Below are positions 1 through 13,006 of a stretch of DNA of 64,000 bases, one piece after another. The stretch covers positions 115,260,001-115,324,000 of the forward strand of contig CM059431.1 of the NCBI GenBank assembly GCA_030390025.1. Reading direction: 5' to 3'. The translations under genes and the position numbers were made by a program. Position 1 is the stretch's first letter. Each line of letters starts with the position of its first letter. This DNA comes from Squalus acanthias. Its lineage: Eukaryota. A model generated the notes under the pieces. It ran no database searches, had not been told where the DNA came from, and saw only the letters and a program-made list of their open reading frames with translations.

Positions 1-73
1 ACCGGCAATTGGAGACAGAATACGCGAGAGTACACAGTGCGTACTCTCGCGTAATGAGACTAATTTTTGGGCC
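1..73. mobile_element. End of another copy of the same MITE family, inverted, cut by the window edge
   Basis: Reverse complement closely matches 5004-5076; TIR ends aatttttgggcc followed by ATT. Confidence 0.8.
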
Positions 74-279
74 ATTACTTCAGCGATGTCTTGGGGTTGA
101 TATAATTGGCTTCCAACAACCACAGCAATCTTCCTTTGTGTGGGTATGACTTCAGCCACTCGAGAGTTTTCCCCCTGATCCCCACTGACTTCAATTTTAC
201 TGGGGCTCACTCAGTCAAATGCTGCCTTGATGTCAAGGGCATTTACTTTCACCTCACCTCTGGAATTCAGCTCTTGTGT

Positions 280-840
280 CTCTATTTTCAACTAAATTAG
301 AAGGCACAGTAAGTTGTATAGATGGGAGCAAGAGGTTACAAAGTGACATAGAAAGACTAAGTGAGTGGGCAAAACTATGGCAGATAGAGTTCAATGAAGT
401 GTGAGGGGTGAGGTAATCTATTTTGGATCTGAGAAAGACAAATCAGAATATATTAATGGTGAGACAGCTGTGGAGGAGCAAAGGAATTTAGGTGTCCATG
501 TACACAATCACTAAAAACTAGTACACAGGTTCAAAAAGGCCAATAGAATGTTGGCCTTTATGGGTAATCCAGAACAAGGTGGCATATTTAAAAATTGGAG
601 TTCAGGAGTTAAATCAGAAAGCATCTTTTCATACAAAAGGTAGTGAAAATTTAGAACATTTTCCCCTAAAAGGCTGTAGATGCTGGATCAATTTAAATTT
701 TTCGAGACTGGGATCGATAGACTTCTGTTAGGTAAGGGTATCAAGGAATATGGATCAAAGGCAGGTAAATGGAATTGATGATCTAACTTGATAACGGAAC
801 AGGCTAAAGGGGCCGACTGGCCTATTCCTATTCTTATATT
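280..840 (+). mobile_element. CR1 LINE 3' fragment
   Basis: Degenerate similarity to the C-terminal part and 3'UTR of the 24904-28080 element; ends in the cctattcttat tail. Confidence 0.8.
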
Positions 841-1744
841 CCACGCAACCTACCCAGTGAATTCCACATCTCAGCCATTTGGGCAAGACGATGGACTGAG
901 GAAAAAATTGAGCAAGATGGAAGGAGAACAAGAAATACATAAACTTTAGGGCTGCCATCAATCTTTCTTTAGAATCCAATTCAAATAATTACTTTAACAT
1001 TTCTGGCAGATATGCACAATCTGCTTATTTTCAATTTCTGTTATGACTGATTTTTGAGCCAATTACATTCTTGAGAAAAAGTTGTAAGAAAGGAAATTAT
1101 GCAATCAAATAATAAATACTGTAAGGTTTCCTTAAATGTTATTTAAATGTGAAAAAATATTAACTATTTCTCATTCTTTATGCTACATTAACTACTGTTA
1201 CCTAATTAGATTTTGATGAATGAGTGTAAGGGGTCTTTGAAAGCTAACATAAATGCAATAATAGATATGTGTTTTAGCCATCTGTTTAGCATGTGGATAT
1301 ACAAAGGTTTTTTTAAAGTTCTATCCAACACAAGCATTGCAGAAATGCATGAGAATGTCAGTGACCACAAGTGAAGAATTCTGTAAGGTACTGACGTGAG
1401 TTCTGTTTTTCTCATTTTTTCTTGTGGAAATGAAAAACGTCACTGATGAGGTTCACATCGCTATGTAATCTTTTGCCAGCACAGATGATTCAGGAAGTAA
1501 ACTCAGCGTTTCTGTTCCCTGCAATGACTTGGTTAAATTTTAGCCATTCTTTTCCCAGAGAAACAAACATGAGCAAGATCAAAGAGAATAGTCAAGAGGT
1601 TGCTTTGATTAAAAATTCAATGCTTTACTTTCAAAAATAAACTATATTTATCCCTATTTACTTTAACGCTAGTTGATGAGAGACTTCAATACTGGATTAA
1701 CCCAGAGCTACTTTGCATTTCTTTAAAAATACTCTGTTAAAAAT

Positions 1745-2135
1745 AGCGTGGTGTGTAAATTTACTGTGTAGTGTGTTAATGAGCCGTACAGATCATGTTC
1801 CCAGCTTTGATCCCCGGTCTGTGTTAGGGGGTTTGCTGATCTCAGCCCGGTAACAGTGGAGGCACTTCAATTAGCATCAGTGTTCCTGGGATAAGGAGGG
1901 GGGATATCAGGCGAGGTCCACACTTCTGATTGCTATCCAGCTGCTCCTGCTGGGTGTCAATGCATGGCTGTAGGGTGGAGTCAGGCTTGAGTTCAGCGAT
2001 GGTCTCGATACGATTAGCCTGTTGACACTCACTGTCCAGATGTACAGATGAAGAATGGCCACTCGGCAGAAGCAGCAGAAGGTTGACAGTGCATGTGGAA
2101 AAGTATCTCAGCAAGATTGAGTTCCTTTAGAAGAG
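1745..2135 (+). mobile_element. LF-SINE-like element
   Basis: ctgatctcagc...ctgattgctatccag...gacactcactgtc...tgaagaatggccact motif series, shared with three other copies in the window. Confidence 0.6.
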
Positions 2136-2739
2136 GGGAAAACAGAAAGGTGAAAACAATTGTCTTTCACTTAAATAGATTTGAACAACTTGCCATCCCT
2201 CCATGTAATCTTTCCCTTCAGCCTCCATGTGTCATATTGTAGTATTCAATCAGGAGGACAAGATGGTCTGGACTGCCCTCCTCATGATCAATCTGATTAA
2301 TTTCACTTTATATTCAATCAATGGTCGGTGCTTCTCTGTAGAGAAGGACTGATCCTTCCAGTTTCCCCTTTCTCCTTGTGTTGTGCATTGGTTCAGACTG
2401 CACCAATAAAAGTAGGATTTATTAAAACTAATTCCCCATTGCGTTCGCACATCAAATCATTAACATAACATTTCAGGGACATCATTACTAATGTATAAAT
2501 CCAGATTTCAACACTGCAGATCTTTGTAGCAGTTCTCTCTCCACCTTCTCTTTTCCTGAGGGTATTGAATGGTTTCCACAGGTGCTGGTCAGGAATTGAA
2601 CCTGGGACATTCTTGGCCTGTTTTAGTTAGCTCCTCACTTACCTTAACCAATTTAACCATTTGAAGGCCAGAAACTCCCACATCGCCATTCTGAACTAAG
2701 AAACCAATTATTGTCATTGTTTCCTCTTCATATAGTGTC

Positions 2740-3590
2740 AAATGCCAGATGTTTGTACATGCGCTTCCAGTAGCCTGGTTTTCTCTGGCATTGTCTGCTG
2801 TCTTCTCCTCCAGGAGGAATGCAGTTTTAATTGAATGTTTCAGCCTCCAGATCCTGTAATCACAATCAGTCAGGATTCATGGAATGGATGGTAGTATTGG
2901 TAGGTGTAAAGGAGCAAAGACGTAGGACGTGGGACTTAAGTGTGCTAGCATGCATTACAGGATGTGAGATATTTGACATGAGTGCTGCCAAGTGACTTTG
3001 TTTCTCAGATAAGAAACATGGTGCCATGTGATACCCAATATCACATGAAGGCCAATATTTGACTACTTTTCTAAGGAATAGCCATGTGCTTCTCTGTGAT
3101 TCTATTATGTGATTTATCTGAAAACACTCTTACTTTTGCTGACCTAGTGAGGTCACTAAACTTCTTTCAACATGGCAAGGGGCTCCTTGGGGTTATGGAG
3201 GCCCCACTCACACCACAGCCTTCCACATGCCTTGTGCTGTTGTATGCGATGGTTTCTTCCCTGGTACTCCAACTATTGCATTTTCTACTTTGGGCCAGCA
3301 GCACTTTCACATCAGCCCCAGAGAAATTAGCCACTTGCCTTTTCCCTTCGTTAGATCCGGCCATTTCAGTCCTCTTCCGCAAGCCTGCTCAACCCTTTAA
3401 ATGTATGCAGCCCTTTCAATACAGAAGTTGTACCCTTGCTCCATTCCCTTCCTGATTTTTTTCGGGGCTCTTCTGGCATCTCTGGAGCCCTGCCGGTGGG
3501 TCTCCCGCTCTTGTCCTGGCAGCATTATTGAAATTAGCTGACCATGGGGTTTCTGATGGGGGGTCAGCCGCCACCGATTTCGGCGGGCAC
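2740..3590 (-). mobile_element. Old Harbinger relic: Myb/SANT gene exons 1-2 and element end
   Basis: Minus-strand translation RQVANFSGADVKVLL...ITPRSPLPC*KKFSDLTRSAK plus donor (about 3130-3363) and EKTADNARENQATG (about 2765-2807) parallel the exons of the 10933-15111 element. Confidence 0.6.
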
Positions 3591-3618
3591 AAGTCCCTCA
3601 TTGACACGAATACAATAG

Positions 3619-3767
3619 CAAAATACTGCAGATGCTGGAAATCCGAAATAACAACAGAAAACGCTGGAAAAACTCAGCAGGCGAGGCAGCATCCGTGGAG
3701 AGAGAAACAGAGAAACAGAGGATGCTGCCTCGCCTGCTGAGTTTTTCCAGCGTTTTCTGTTGTTATT
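3619..3767. mobile_element. Second Penelope-type fold-back remnant (48-bp perfect inverted repeat, 3647-3694 / 3720-3767)
   Basis: Arms are exact reverse complements. Related degenerate single arms occur at about 28872-28977 (retains aacgtttcagg, i.e. CCTGAAACGTT on minus) and about 38030-38110. Confidence 0.65.
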
Positions 3768-5003
3768 CCCTCATTTACACGCTGCATCAGGGAGCCAGGA
3801 GTTTTCAGACGAATGTCCATTAAGCTGACACGCGAAGTCAAGGCACTAAAGACTGGACGGATGCTCCTCGACTTCTGGTTGAGTGACACCCAACCAGAAA
3901 ATCTGTGCTGAGTTGTCCAATTGCCTGAATGATTTGACTTATAGGACAGTGCAAAATGAGTGTGCTTATTCTTTCATTGAAATTCCTAATATAATAGTAG
4001 GCATAACAAAATTGAACTCCCACATATGTTTTTTTGACAATGAAAAATACTACTCTCCCTCATATCTGCTGGCCTTTTCACATGAGCCTCCCTGAGCCAT
4101 GCAACAGTGCAGCAGTAATCAGTAATGACACTGAGTGCTTATTTTCACAGTGCATTTGCCAGCTACAGGGCTGCAATGAGCCGGTAAGCAATTTACCATT
4201 TCAAGGTTACTGGAAAACAACAGGCCTAATCAAATGATTCCAGATATCAGTGATTACTAACAACGCACATAAACTCAGTGTTTGTCTTTGGATTAATAAT
4301 TTTTGAAAACATCTCTTTCACCTTTTTCAGTTCATAGCCAAGAAACTGCGATGACTGCTCTGGAGGAAAGGCTGACCCCAATTTGACACTAAAAGGCCCA
4401 GAATTTACTCACTGTTTTGGGCAACATCCGCACTTACCACCAATTTTACGGGTGGACTCCGGGGCGAAAGTCATTTCTACTGGGCTTCTACCCTGTAATG
4501 ACTGTGCTGTGGTTCCGATGTAATCTGAGGCCTTCCGTATGTGCACTCGCTGATGCCGCTGGGAGCTCGTCAACATTTATTAAAATGAGCAGCAATGGTA
4601 TTGGAGTCACTAAATCCTGTGCATTGTGTTCTCATTGCACCAATGATAACTTGGAATGCAATAAAAGAGATGTAACTGTTGCTAGTATCAACTAATACTG
4701 GTGGAAGTACTTTACTTCAGAGCTGCACCTGAAGACATTTTTAAGAGAGATTGCTGGAGCTACAGAAGAGCTTTGTAAAGATTTTTGTTTTGTCTTGTAT
4801 CTGTATTGAGCTGGACTTGCCTTTGAAAGCCTGAGGGACTCTGAGAAAATCAAGAAACCTCTGCCCTTACTCACAATAAGAGGTTCTGAGTATCAGCTAT
4901 GAGATTCCCTATAAGGTTTCCCTTGTATGCAATTTTAATGGTGTAGGAGGAGCAGTTTGAGGCAAAGGAAAGCAGAGCACAAGGTAGCATTCGAGGAAAC
5001 ATT

Positions 5004-5746
5004 GGGCCAAAAATTCATCCCGCGACGCGAGAGTACGCACTGCGTACTCTCGCGTATTCTCTCTCCAATTGCCGGTTTTCTGCATGCCCTGCGCATGCGC
5101 TGAAAACCGGCACTTGGTCTTTTGAAAAGGGGGTGGTTCCTCGGTGCATCGCGTGCGCGCTACAGGCTGCGTGCACGCTGTGCACTTCATGCTTTGGACG
5201 CGCAGGTAAGTATGGAAGATTTTAGAAATGGAAAAAGGAGGAGTAAGACCCACTTTTAACAAGGTAAGTAGTGAATTAAGTATTTTTTTGAATTTTTTTT
5301 AACAGGTATATCTTTTTTAGAGACTTTAAAGACAGCTAAGTTTATTTTTATAACTTTTTAAAAGATTTTAAATTTTTTCAAAAATTTAATTTTTTATTTA
5401 AAATGGTTAATTTATTTAACTATACTTATTTTATTAATGTGATGGTTTTTTTTTAAATTTAATTGAGGTTTAGCTGTTATTTTGGGGGGGTGTAACATTC
5501 ATAGATTTCACAGCACGTATGTGAAACTTATGAATGGAAGATGGTGTGCTGCCATTGGCTCTAACTGAGTCACGTGATCCCACAGCTCGCAAGAATTCAC
5601 TACGCCGGTGGGATACGCAAGCACTGCCCAGCTGATGTCTGGAACATCAAGTTCGTGCGAGCTGGATCTGAAAAAGCACAAGCGGAGTGAGAGATCGCGG
5701 GGAAGCCTTACCCCCGCGGGAACAGAGCGAGATCAATTTCTGGGCC
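5004..5746. mobile_element. Harbinger-type MITE
   Basis: TIRs GGGCCAAAAATTCATCCCGC / GGCCCAGAAATTGATCTCGC (16/20), ATT duplication at 5001-5003 and 5747-5749, internal CpG-rich hairpins and AT-rich core. Confidence 0.85.
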
Positions 5747-5952
5747 ATTATACTACAAGATATTACTCCTCCCACCAAAATAAATTTACAGGCCATGCAG
5801 ATTCTATGAAGACCTTAGTGAGGAGCTCTGTGTTAGAAGAGTGCTGTTCACCAATGAGGCAATAGGAGATTTTTCCCAACCTCTACATGAAGAACTGTGG
5901 CCAAGATTATCTGCCTGGACAGTTCTGTCAGAGGCTGTTAAATTGACAACTG

Positions 5953-6422
5953 GGTACAGTAGCATAGTGGTTATGTTACTGGACTAGTAATCCTGAGGCC
6001 TGGACTAATAATCTGGTAGATGTGAGTTCATAATCCCACCACAGCAGCTAGGGGAGTTTAAATTCAGTTAATTAAATAAATCTGGAATTAAAAAGCTAGT
6101 ATCTGTAATGGTGTAACTACCAAATTGTCGTAAAAACCCATCTGGTTCACTAATGTCCTTCAGGGAACATTACCTGGTCTGGCCTATATGTGATTCCAGA
6201 CCCACAGCAATGTGTTTGACTCTTAGCTGCCCTCTGAAATGGCCGAGCAAGCCACTCAGTTGTACCAAACTGCTACAACAAAGTCAGCACTGTGGGAGTA
6301 CCTTCACCACAAGGACTGCAGCAGTTCAAGGTGGCGGTGCACCACCACCTTCTCAAAGGCAATTAGGGATGGGCAATAAATGCTGGCCTTGCCAGTGACG
6401 CCCACATCCCATGAACAAATAA
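5953..6422 (+). mobile_element. tRNA-derived SINE (MetaSINE-like core); partial copy at about 21490-21640
   Basis: A box tagcatagtgg, B-box-like gagttcataatccc, core ggtctggcctatatgtgattccagaccc, tail gggcaataaatgctggccttgccag. Confidence 0.65.
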
Positions 6423-7740
6423 ATATTTTTTTTTTTTAAAAACACCCTCAACTTTTATGGCATAGGCTCATTTCAAGCAGTCGTAAGGGATTTGTGTAAT
6501 ATTAGCCGGGGGGAGGGGGTGGTCCAGCATGTATTCATCGGGTAAATTATACACCTTTTAGGAGAGCTGAGGAGTTGTGCATGACAGCAAGGCAGCAATG
6601 TGATAAGACAATCCAGTTTTATCACTATGTTGGGTTTCCCAAAGTGTAAGATGCAATAGATGGTACACACGTACCATTGTAAGCTCACAACTAAAGGTTG
6701 TACTACTCACTGATGTCCACATTACGTAGAACCAGATCCAAAGAATCCTTCACATGAATGTCAGATATTCTGAAGGTCACTATGATGCATTAATCCTCAT
6801 GAAATCTGCAATCCCTGAGCTCTTCAAGGAAGATAGTCAAGTAAAAGGATGGCTTGTGCCTTGCTGCCATGGATAATGACATCTCTAAGAGTTGCACGGA
6901 CAGCATCTGAAGATCACTACAACAAAGCACATGCCTCTATCAGAATGGTCATGGAAAAGACCATTAGGGTTTTAAAGGGGTGCTTTCACTGCCTTGAAAG
7001 ATCACCAGAGGTTCCAGATCATGCATGCTGCATAGTTGTACATGATGTACTTTGCCATCCAAAAAGGCTTGGCCATGACTATTTCTGTGGCGGTCATCAC
7101 TGCCACAACTCCTTCTCTCCCACCTTCAAATAAATGGCAAATCCTTCAATCCAGTACCTATCCATAGAACATCACATCGCATCACATCAGGCTGCTTTGA
7201 CCCTACATGACCATGCAAGTCTTAATCATCTGATTGAATAAGTCAGCATGAAATAAATGCATCCTTTCCCATGCATAACAGAGTACAATATAATGACACA
7301 TTTTCCTTCAATACAATTAACTTAGAAGTGAATTAAAACCAACCTACTCTTTCCACACACTATGTGTGCCCTTCTTTGTCTTTATTCTAGTGCTTCTAGG
7401 TGCAACCTGAGGGTTAGTATGGCAGTTTGCTCTTGGGAGGAGCCACTGCTGGTTGCATCTGTGAAGCTTATACCTGGGAAGCCCAGTCTCACATCTGATA
7501 TGCCACTTGTGTGCTGTGAAATGACTGGCAAGTACTGCTGTCCTGAGAAACAGTAGCCTCATGCAAGTTGCCTCCAGCTGCCACCATTCCTTTGGACCCT
7601 GGATCTGTGTACCTGCCAATCAGCAGCCTGGTTGGTTTAATGGCACCTATCAGACTCTGAAAGCCTTCAAAGGCTGCCACCTGCATCCAGCCCCCCACCA
7701 GGGTCAGGCTCACCTGGCTGGCCTCCCAACTACCGCCCTT

Positions 7741-8200
7741 CGTTAACTTGACCTCATCCAAAACTCTGCTGCCTGTATCCTAACTCCCAATAAGTCCTGT
7801 TCACCCTGTGCTCGCTGACCTACATTGGCTCCCATTCCAGCAATGCCTCGATTTTAAAATTCTCATCCTCGTGTTCAAATCCCTCCATGGCCTCGCCCCT
7901 CCCTATCGCTGTAACCTCCTCCAGCCCTACAACCCTCTTAGACCTCTGCACTCCTCTAATTCCGGCCTCTTGAGCATCCCTGAATTCCTTAGCTTAACCA
8001 TTGGTGGCCGTGCCTTCAACTGTCTAAGCCCTAAGCTCTAGGATTCCCTCCATAAACCTCTCCGCCTTTCTACCCTCCTTTAAGTCAGCCCTTAAAACCT
8101 TATGTAGCTCAGTGTCAAACTTTATCTGACAATGCTCCTATGAAGCATCTTGGGATGTTTTACTACATTAAAGGTGCTATATAAATGCAAGCTGTTCTAT
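7741..8200 (+). mobile_element. L2 LINE 3' fragment
   Basis: LADLHWLP...DFKILILVFKSLHGLAPPY block and L2 tail. Confidence 0.85.
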
Positions 8201-8235
8201 GTTGTCCGAAAGCTGGTACAAAAGGTGTCATCTAT

Positions 8236-8685
8236 AAAGAAAGACTTGCATTTCTATAGCGCCTTTCACGACCACCGGACGTCTCAAAGCGCTTTACAGC
8301 TAATGAAGTACTTTTGGAGTGTAGTCACTGTTGTAATGTGGGAAACACGGCAGCCAATTTGCGCACAGCAAGGTCCCACAAACAGTAATGCGATACTGAC
8401 CAGATAATCTGTTTTTGTTATGTTGATTGAGGGATAAATATTGGCCAGGACACCAGGGATAACTCCCCTGCTCTTCTTCAAAATAGTGCCATGGGATCTT
8501 TTACGTCCACCTGAGAGAGCAGACGGGGCCTTGGTTTAACGTCTCATCCGAAAGACGGCACCTCCGACAGTGTAGCACTGGAATGTCAGCCTAGATTTTA
8601 TGTGTTCAGGTCCCATGGAGTGGGACTTGAACCCACAACCTTCTGAGGCAGAAGGCGAGTGTGCTACCTACTGAGCCACGGCTGA
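8236..8685 (-). mobile_element. tRNA-derived DeuSINE-like element (SacSINE1-like) with L2-type tail
   Basis: A box tggctcagtagg and B box ggttcaagtcc on minus; core gccgtctttcggatgagacgttaaacc; closely related copy at 37198-37659. Confidence 0.8.
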
Positions 8686-11483
8686 TGCTATTCTGTTCCT
8701 TACACCGAGCTGCAGTCTGTGAGGAGGCACCAACTGACTCCTGACCACTTTTTAGGTGAGTGGCTGCTGCAAATTTCAGTGAGGCTGCCAGACACGCCAT
8801 TGATGCCTGCAATGAAGGAAAACCATCCTCGATGTTGCTGCAAATGAGGGCTGTAGACTCTACAGTCACTCCTGTCAGTGGCAGGGATCTTTGTTATGGC
8901 TTCAGCAAGCCCATTATGATGTTATACCTCGCCATTGCTACAATGTTACAATGCGGGATTCTCAAAAGAAGCCCGAGTTTGAGTTATGAACTCAGTTGGT
9001 ATCCACATTCAGGGTTTTCTTATAGACAATTTGTCCAGTTTCCCCATCCCTACAGGCTGAATTTGAGTCTTCACTCCCTTATCCTTTCCACCAGTCAGGT
9101 TGCCCAAAGAATAGGTTTTACAGTATTTGTGGAAATGTGCATAGATTGCATTGACCTATAGAGGAAACTAAGTAGAACCAAGCTAATCTTTGGAAGAAAT
9201 AAAATAAGAAAAAAAATACACCCAGAGTAAGCTCTACAAACATATATTTAACACTCAATACTCTTGCATAAAATGTATGAAAGCATACACAAGAGTCCAG
9301 AAAAATGACAGGCAAGAATTAATACTTGTAAGACACAAAGATTTTCAGTTCTTAGAAAGAAATGCATGAAATATCTGCAAAACCTATGAAGAACTTTACA
9401 CTGAATGAGCTTTGAGTATTCGAGGTCCCTGATGACACCAGCGCTATGTATATCCCTGCCGTGTAATACTGGGGACTTGACTAAGCTGCTGCACCTGTGC
9501 AGACACTTACCACAGTGAATCCACTCTCCCGTCTTTCTGGTGAAACTTTGACACCTCATGAAGCTTGAATACATTTCTCAGTTACATTTCACATATCGAG
9601 AGAGACTGGGGAAGAAACTGGGGCGATCGGAATAACTGCAGAACTTGTCAAAAGAGCACAACGAAAGAAAGTGGGGCCTGAAGAGGTAGGCGTTGTGGCT
9701 CACTAAGTATTTTGTAAAATACAGAATTGTATGATGAAGGAATTCCTCCCCATATTTTTTTCCCTTTGGTTAAACAACTATCATTGGTGCTAAATGGACA
9801 CTCAAAAGAGAAATTCTGTGATTCTTTTCACTCTCCCACTTCCCTATACCGTAGCATTCATTTTGACATTCCACCACAAATGGGTTGTGGATACAGGCCC
9901 ACCACACTGTGCAGGGGGGCTTTAAACTTTGGGAATTTGGCAGCAGTTCAAGATCAAAAGTGTCACTTTGAACCACTCAGTTGCTGCGTTAAATAACTGC
10001 AATCCACCTCACTTTGAAGGCTGACTAACTTAAAGTAGAAAGGAAGGAAGCTCTTTTAGCAGTCTTTTACATCAAGCAGCATAATCCCTGGTGCAACTGG
10101 ATTAGAACACAAAACTCCGAGCAGCACTTCCCTCCCCGCCACCCCCACAAAAAAAGTGGCCTTTTATTTATTTTGCTTTTTTTTAGAACCATGAAGATCT
10201 GTATCACTTTCATGATAACAATTGCCTAAAGCTATAAAGCACAGAACGCGCCCTAATGCCGCCATAAAATCTTCACTGGTTAATTATTTGCCAGTACAAC
10301 TGTTCACTTCCTGTGGTAGATTTATTTTAAATCCTGTTATTAGTCTTCCACTGCAATTGCCATTGTCTGTAGTCAGGAGCTGGCTGAAAAGCGTACAGTG
10401 GGCCTATTATTATGCAACATGCGAGCGGAGAGGGAGCCTAATTTTCAACTGCTTTTTCAGTTTTCTGAAAGCCAGATCTGGATAGAGGCTGCTTCTGAAA
10501 AAAAAAACTGTGTTTGTTGGCTTTGACTTTGACTGTTTTTTGCCTGCTGAGACTTGGAATATAATAATAAGGGCAAAACGAACAGTTTCAGAGCACTCCT
10601 TAAAAGTGAATTCCATGAACTTGTATGAAGCAATTGTGATATAAGCAACAACAATAATGTCTGGAAGCATTTTCTGTAATTGAATAATAAAATTCTACTC
10701 AACTATTCAATATTCTATTCAATGCTTCCTCCCCCTTGAGTAAACTGATTTACTGATCTTTAAGATACTTTACTGTCATTTTCAAAATGTCTAAAATCTG
10801 AATTACTGCGCCTCCAACATTAAGTTTCACAGTATAGATATAAGCTTTTCTGCAAGTGAATATACTAAGATCTGGAGGTTGACTCTTTACGAGTGAGGTC
10901 ACCGATGGTTACAGTACGCTCACTGATATCATGGCCGGAATCTTCCCAGCCCTGCGAGTGTGGGTTTGGAGACGGGCCCGCTGTCAAAATGGCCCTGATT
11001 GACAGCGGGGCGGAAGTCCACTCTGAACCCCCCTCCGTGTAAGTTTCTCAGCTGTCGGGTCTGCCTGTGTATCGCAGACCCAACACCAAGTGGTGGGCCA
11101 GTTAATTAAGGTACTTAACAGGTAGTTTATGGCTATTTAAGAGGATTAAAAGCAGGCACTTACAATTTTACCAACTTTTTGACGAGTTTGCCGTCCTTCG
11201 GGGAACACGCCAGATAGGTGGAGTCGGGTTCTCAATGACTCTCCATTGCTTTCAATAGGTGGCAGCTGCAAAAGTGGTATAAAAGCTACCATTTTACAGC
11301 TGTTCACTTTCCAATGTCAGAAGCTGTAGCCTTCAGTGTCAGGAAGAGTCTTGTCAGCCTCATACACTTTGGAATTGTTTGTAGCGAACTCTATATTCAC
11401 TGTAACCTTCTTTGAAGAAAATTTCTGACCAGTGTCAGATTGCTTCTGTCAACTCAACTGGATCTGGCACATCAACAATCAAA

Positions 11484-12668
11484 ATGGGCACGATTTATGC
11501 TCTCTCATCTTGGTCCTCCGAGTCTGATGAGGAACAGCTGCAGGAGCAGCAGAACCAGCCACACCAGCAGCTGTAACAACAAGAGCTCCAACCTTCTCCT
11601 GAACCACTTCATGCTGCACAGGGTGGAGGGCATCAACGCAGGGATGCACCACACCGGCGGCATTACCCCCAGCACAGGGTCTATAGGCAGAGGATGAGCT
11701 ACCTAAACATGACGGAGCAGCAGTGCCGAAGGAGACTCAGGCTATCGCGCCAGGTGGTCACCGACCTTTGCGCATTGCTGGAGGAAGACCTGCAGCCCAG
11801 AGGAAGGAGTGAACAGCCATTACCCGTGGCTGTCAAAGTCACCCTTGCCCTTAACTTCTTAGCCTCAGGCTCCTTCCACGCATCTACCGCAGACATTAGC
11901 AGCATTTCCCAGTCTGCCGCACACAGATGCATCACACAGGTCACCGATGCCCTGTTTCACGAGTCGGGCAACTATATAAGGTTTACCACTCATCAAGCCA
12001 GTGTGACTGAACGGGCGATCGGCTGTGCCCCTCTGGCTGGCTTCCCATGGGTGCAGGGTGTGATTGACTGCACACATGTGGCGATCAGGGCACCCCATCA
12101 CAATCTGAGAGCTTTTGTGAACCGCAAGGGTTGCCACTCCCTAAACGTTCAGCTAGTGTGCAACCACAATAAAATCATCATACATGTGTGCGCCAGGTTC
12201 CCTGGCAGCTGCCATGATTCGTACATCCTGCGCCACTCCACCGTCCCTCAGCTGTTCGAACCGCCAACCAGTCTTTCAGGTTGGCTGCTTGGGAACAAGG
12301 GCTATCCCCTCAAGACATGGCTGATGACACCTTTGAGGAGGCCAGCGAACGAGGCTGATGGAAGGTACAATCAGAGCCTCATCTCCACGAGAACTATCCT
12401 CGAGCAAACTATAGGGTTGCTTAAAATGCGGTTCAGATGCCTGGACAAATCTGGAGGGGCCCTTCAGTGTGCACCAGCGAGGGTATCCAGAATAGTCATG
12501 GTCGGCTGCGCCCTTCACAACATCGCTCAGCAGCGAGGACTAGCGCTAGATGATGAAGATGGCGCAGAGCGAAGAGCCTCATCGGAGGAGGAGGAAGAGG
12601 AGGAGGAGGACCAACATGAGGTTGGCAACGCCGATAAGGAAGACCTGGAGGAACCGGCAACATCATAA
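11484..12668 (+). pseudogene. Harbinger transposase (HARBI1-like DDE nuclease), disrupted
   Basis: Motifs [66 protein letters not shown]. The in-frame ATG at 11484 is separated from the 324-aa ORF by one TAA (11574-11576). The conserved GD.GY aspartate reads N (12294-12296). Confidence 0.9.
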
Positions 12669-13006
12669 ATGCCAGGTTCCAGTAATTTTGTGGATGTCAC
12701 ACATTTGCCTGGCACAGGCGTCCACATGTTGGCATCATCCCACACCAGCAACATAAACCATTCATTCAATGACTACTTCCTTCTTTTCATCATCAGCACC
12801 ATTGCTGCATGTCCAATCAGCCCTGATCATACACTCTGCCACCTCCATTCTATCCCACACATCTGGCTGCGACTGCAAAGTGAGAGAAATAAATGATTTA
12901 ATTAAATAGCTCCATATTTTTACAACCATCATAATGATACTGATAAACATACCCGAGTGAAAACCTTTGTGACTATTTGTGTGGGATCTTTCTTTTCTGG
13001 GTGCTT

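Larger units (their letters stand above)
6480..8880 (+). mobile_element. Degenerate Harbinger relic interrupted by an L2 3' end and a SINE
   Basis: 6849-7020 encodes LLPWIMTSLR...HYNKAHASIRMVMEKTIRVLKGCFHCLERS, the transposase C-terminal block. Minus-strand remnants resembling the partner gene lie at about 7400-7740 and 8700-8870. Confidence 0.6.

Noticed and set aside
11694..12668. Domesticated host gene HARBI1
   Set aside because: It sits inside TIRs and a TSD with a partner Myb gene and has an upstream nonsense codon, so it is a transposon copy.
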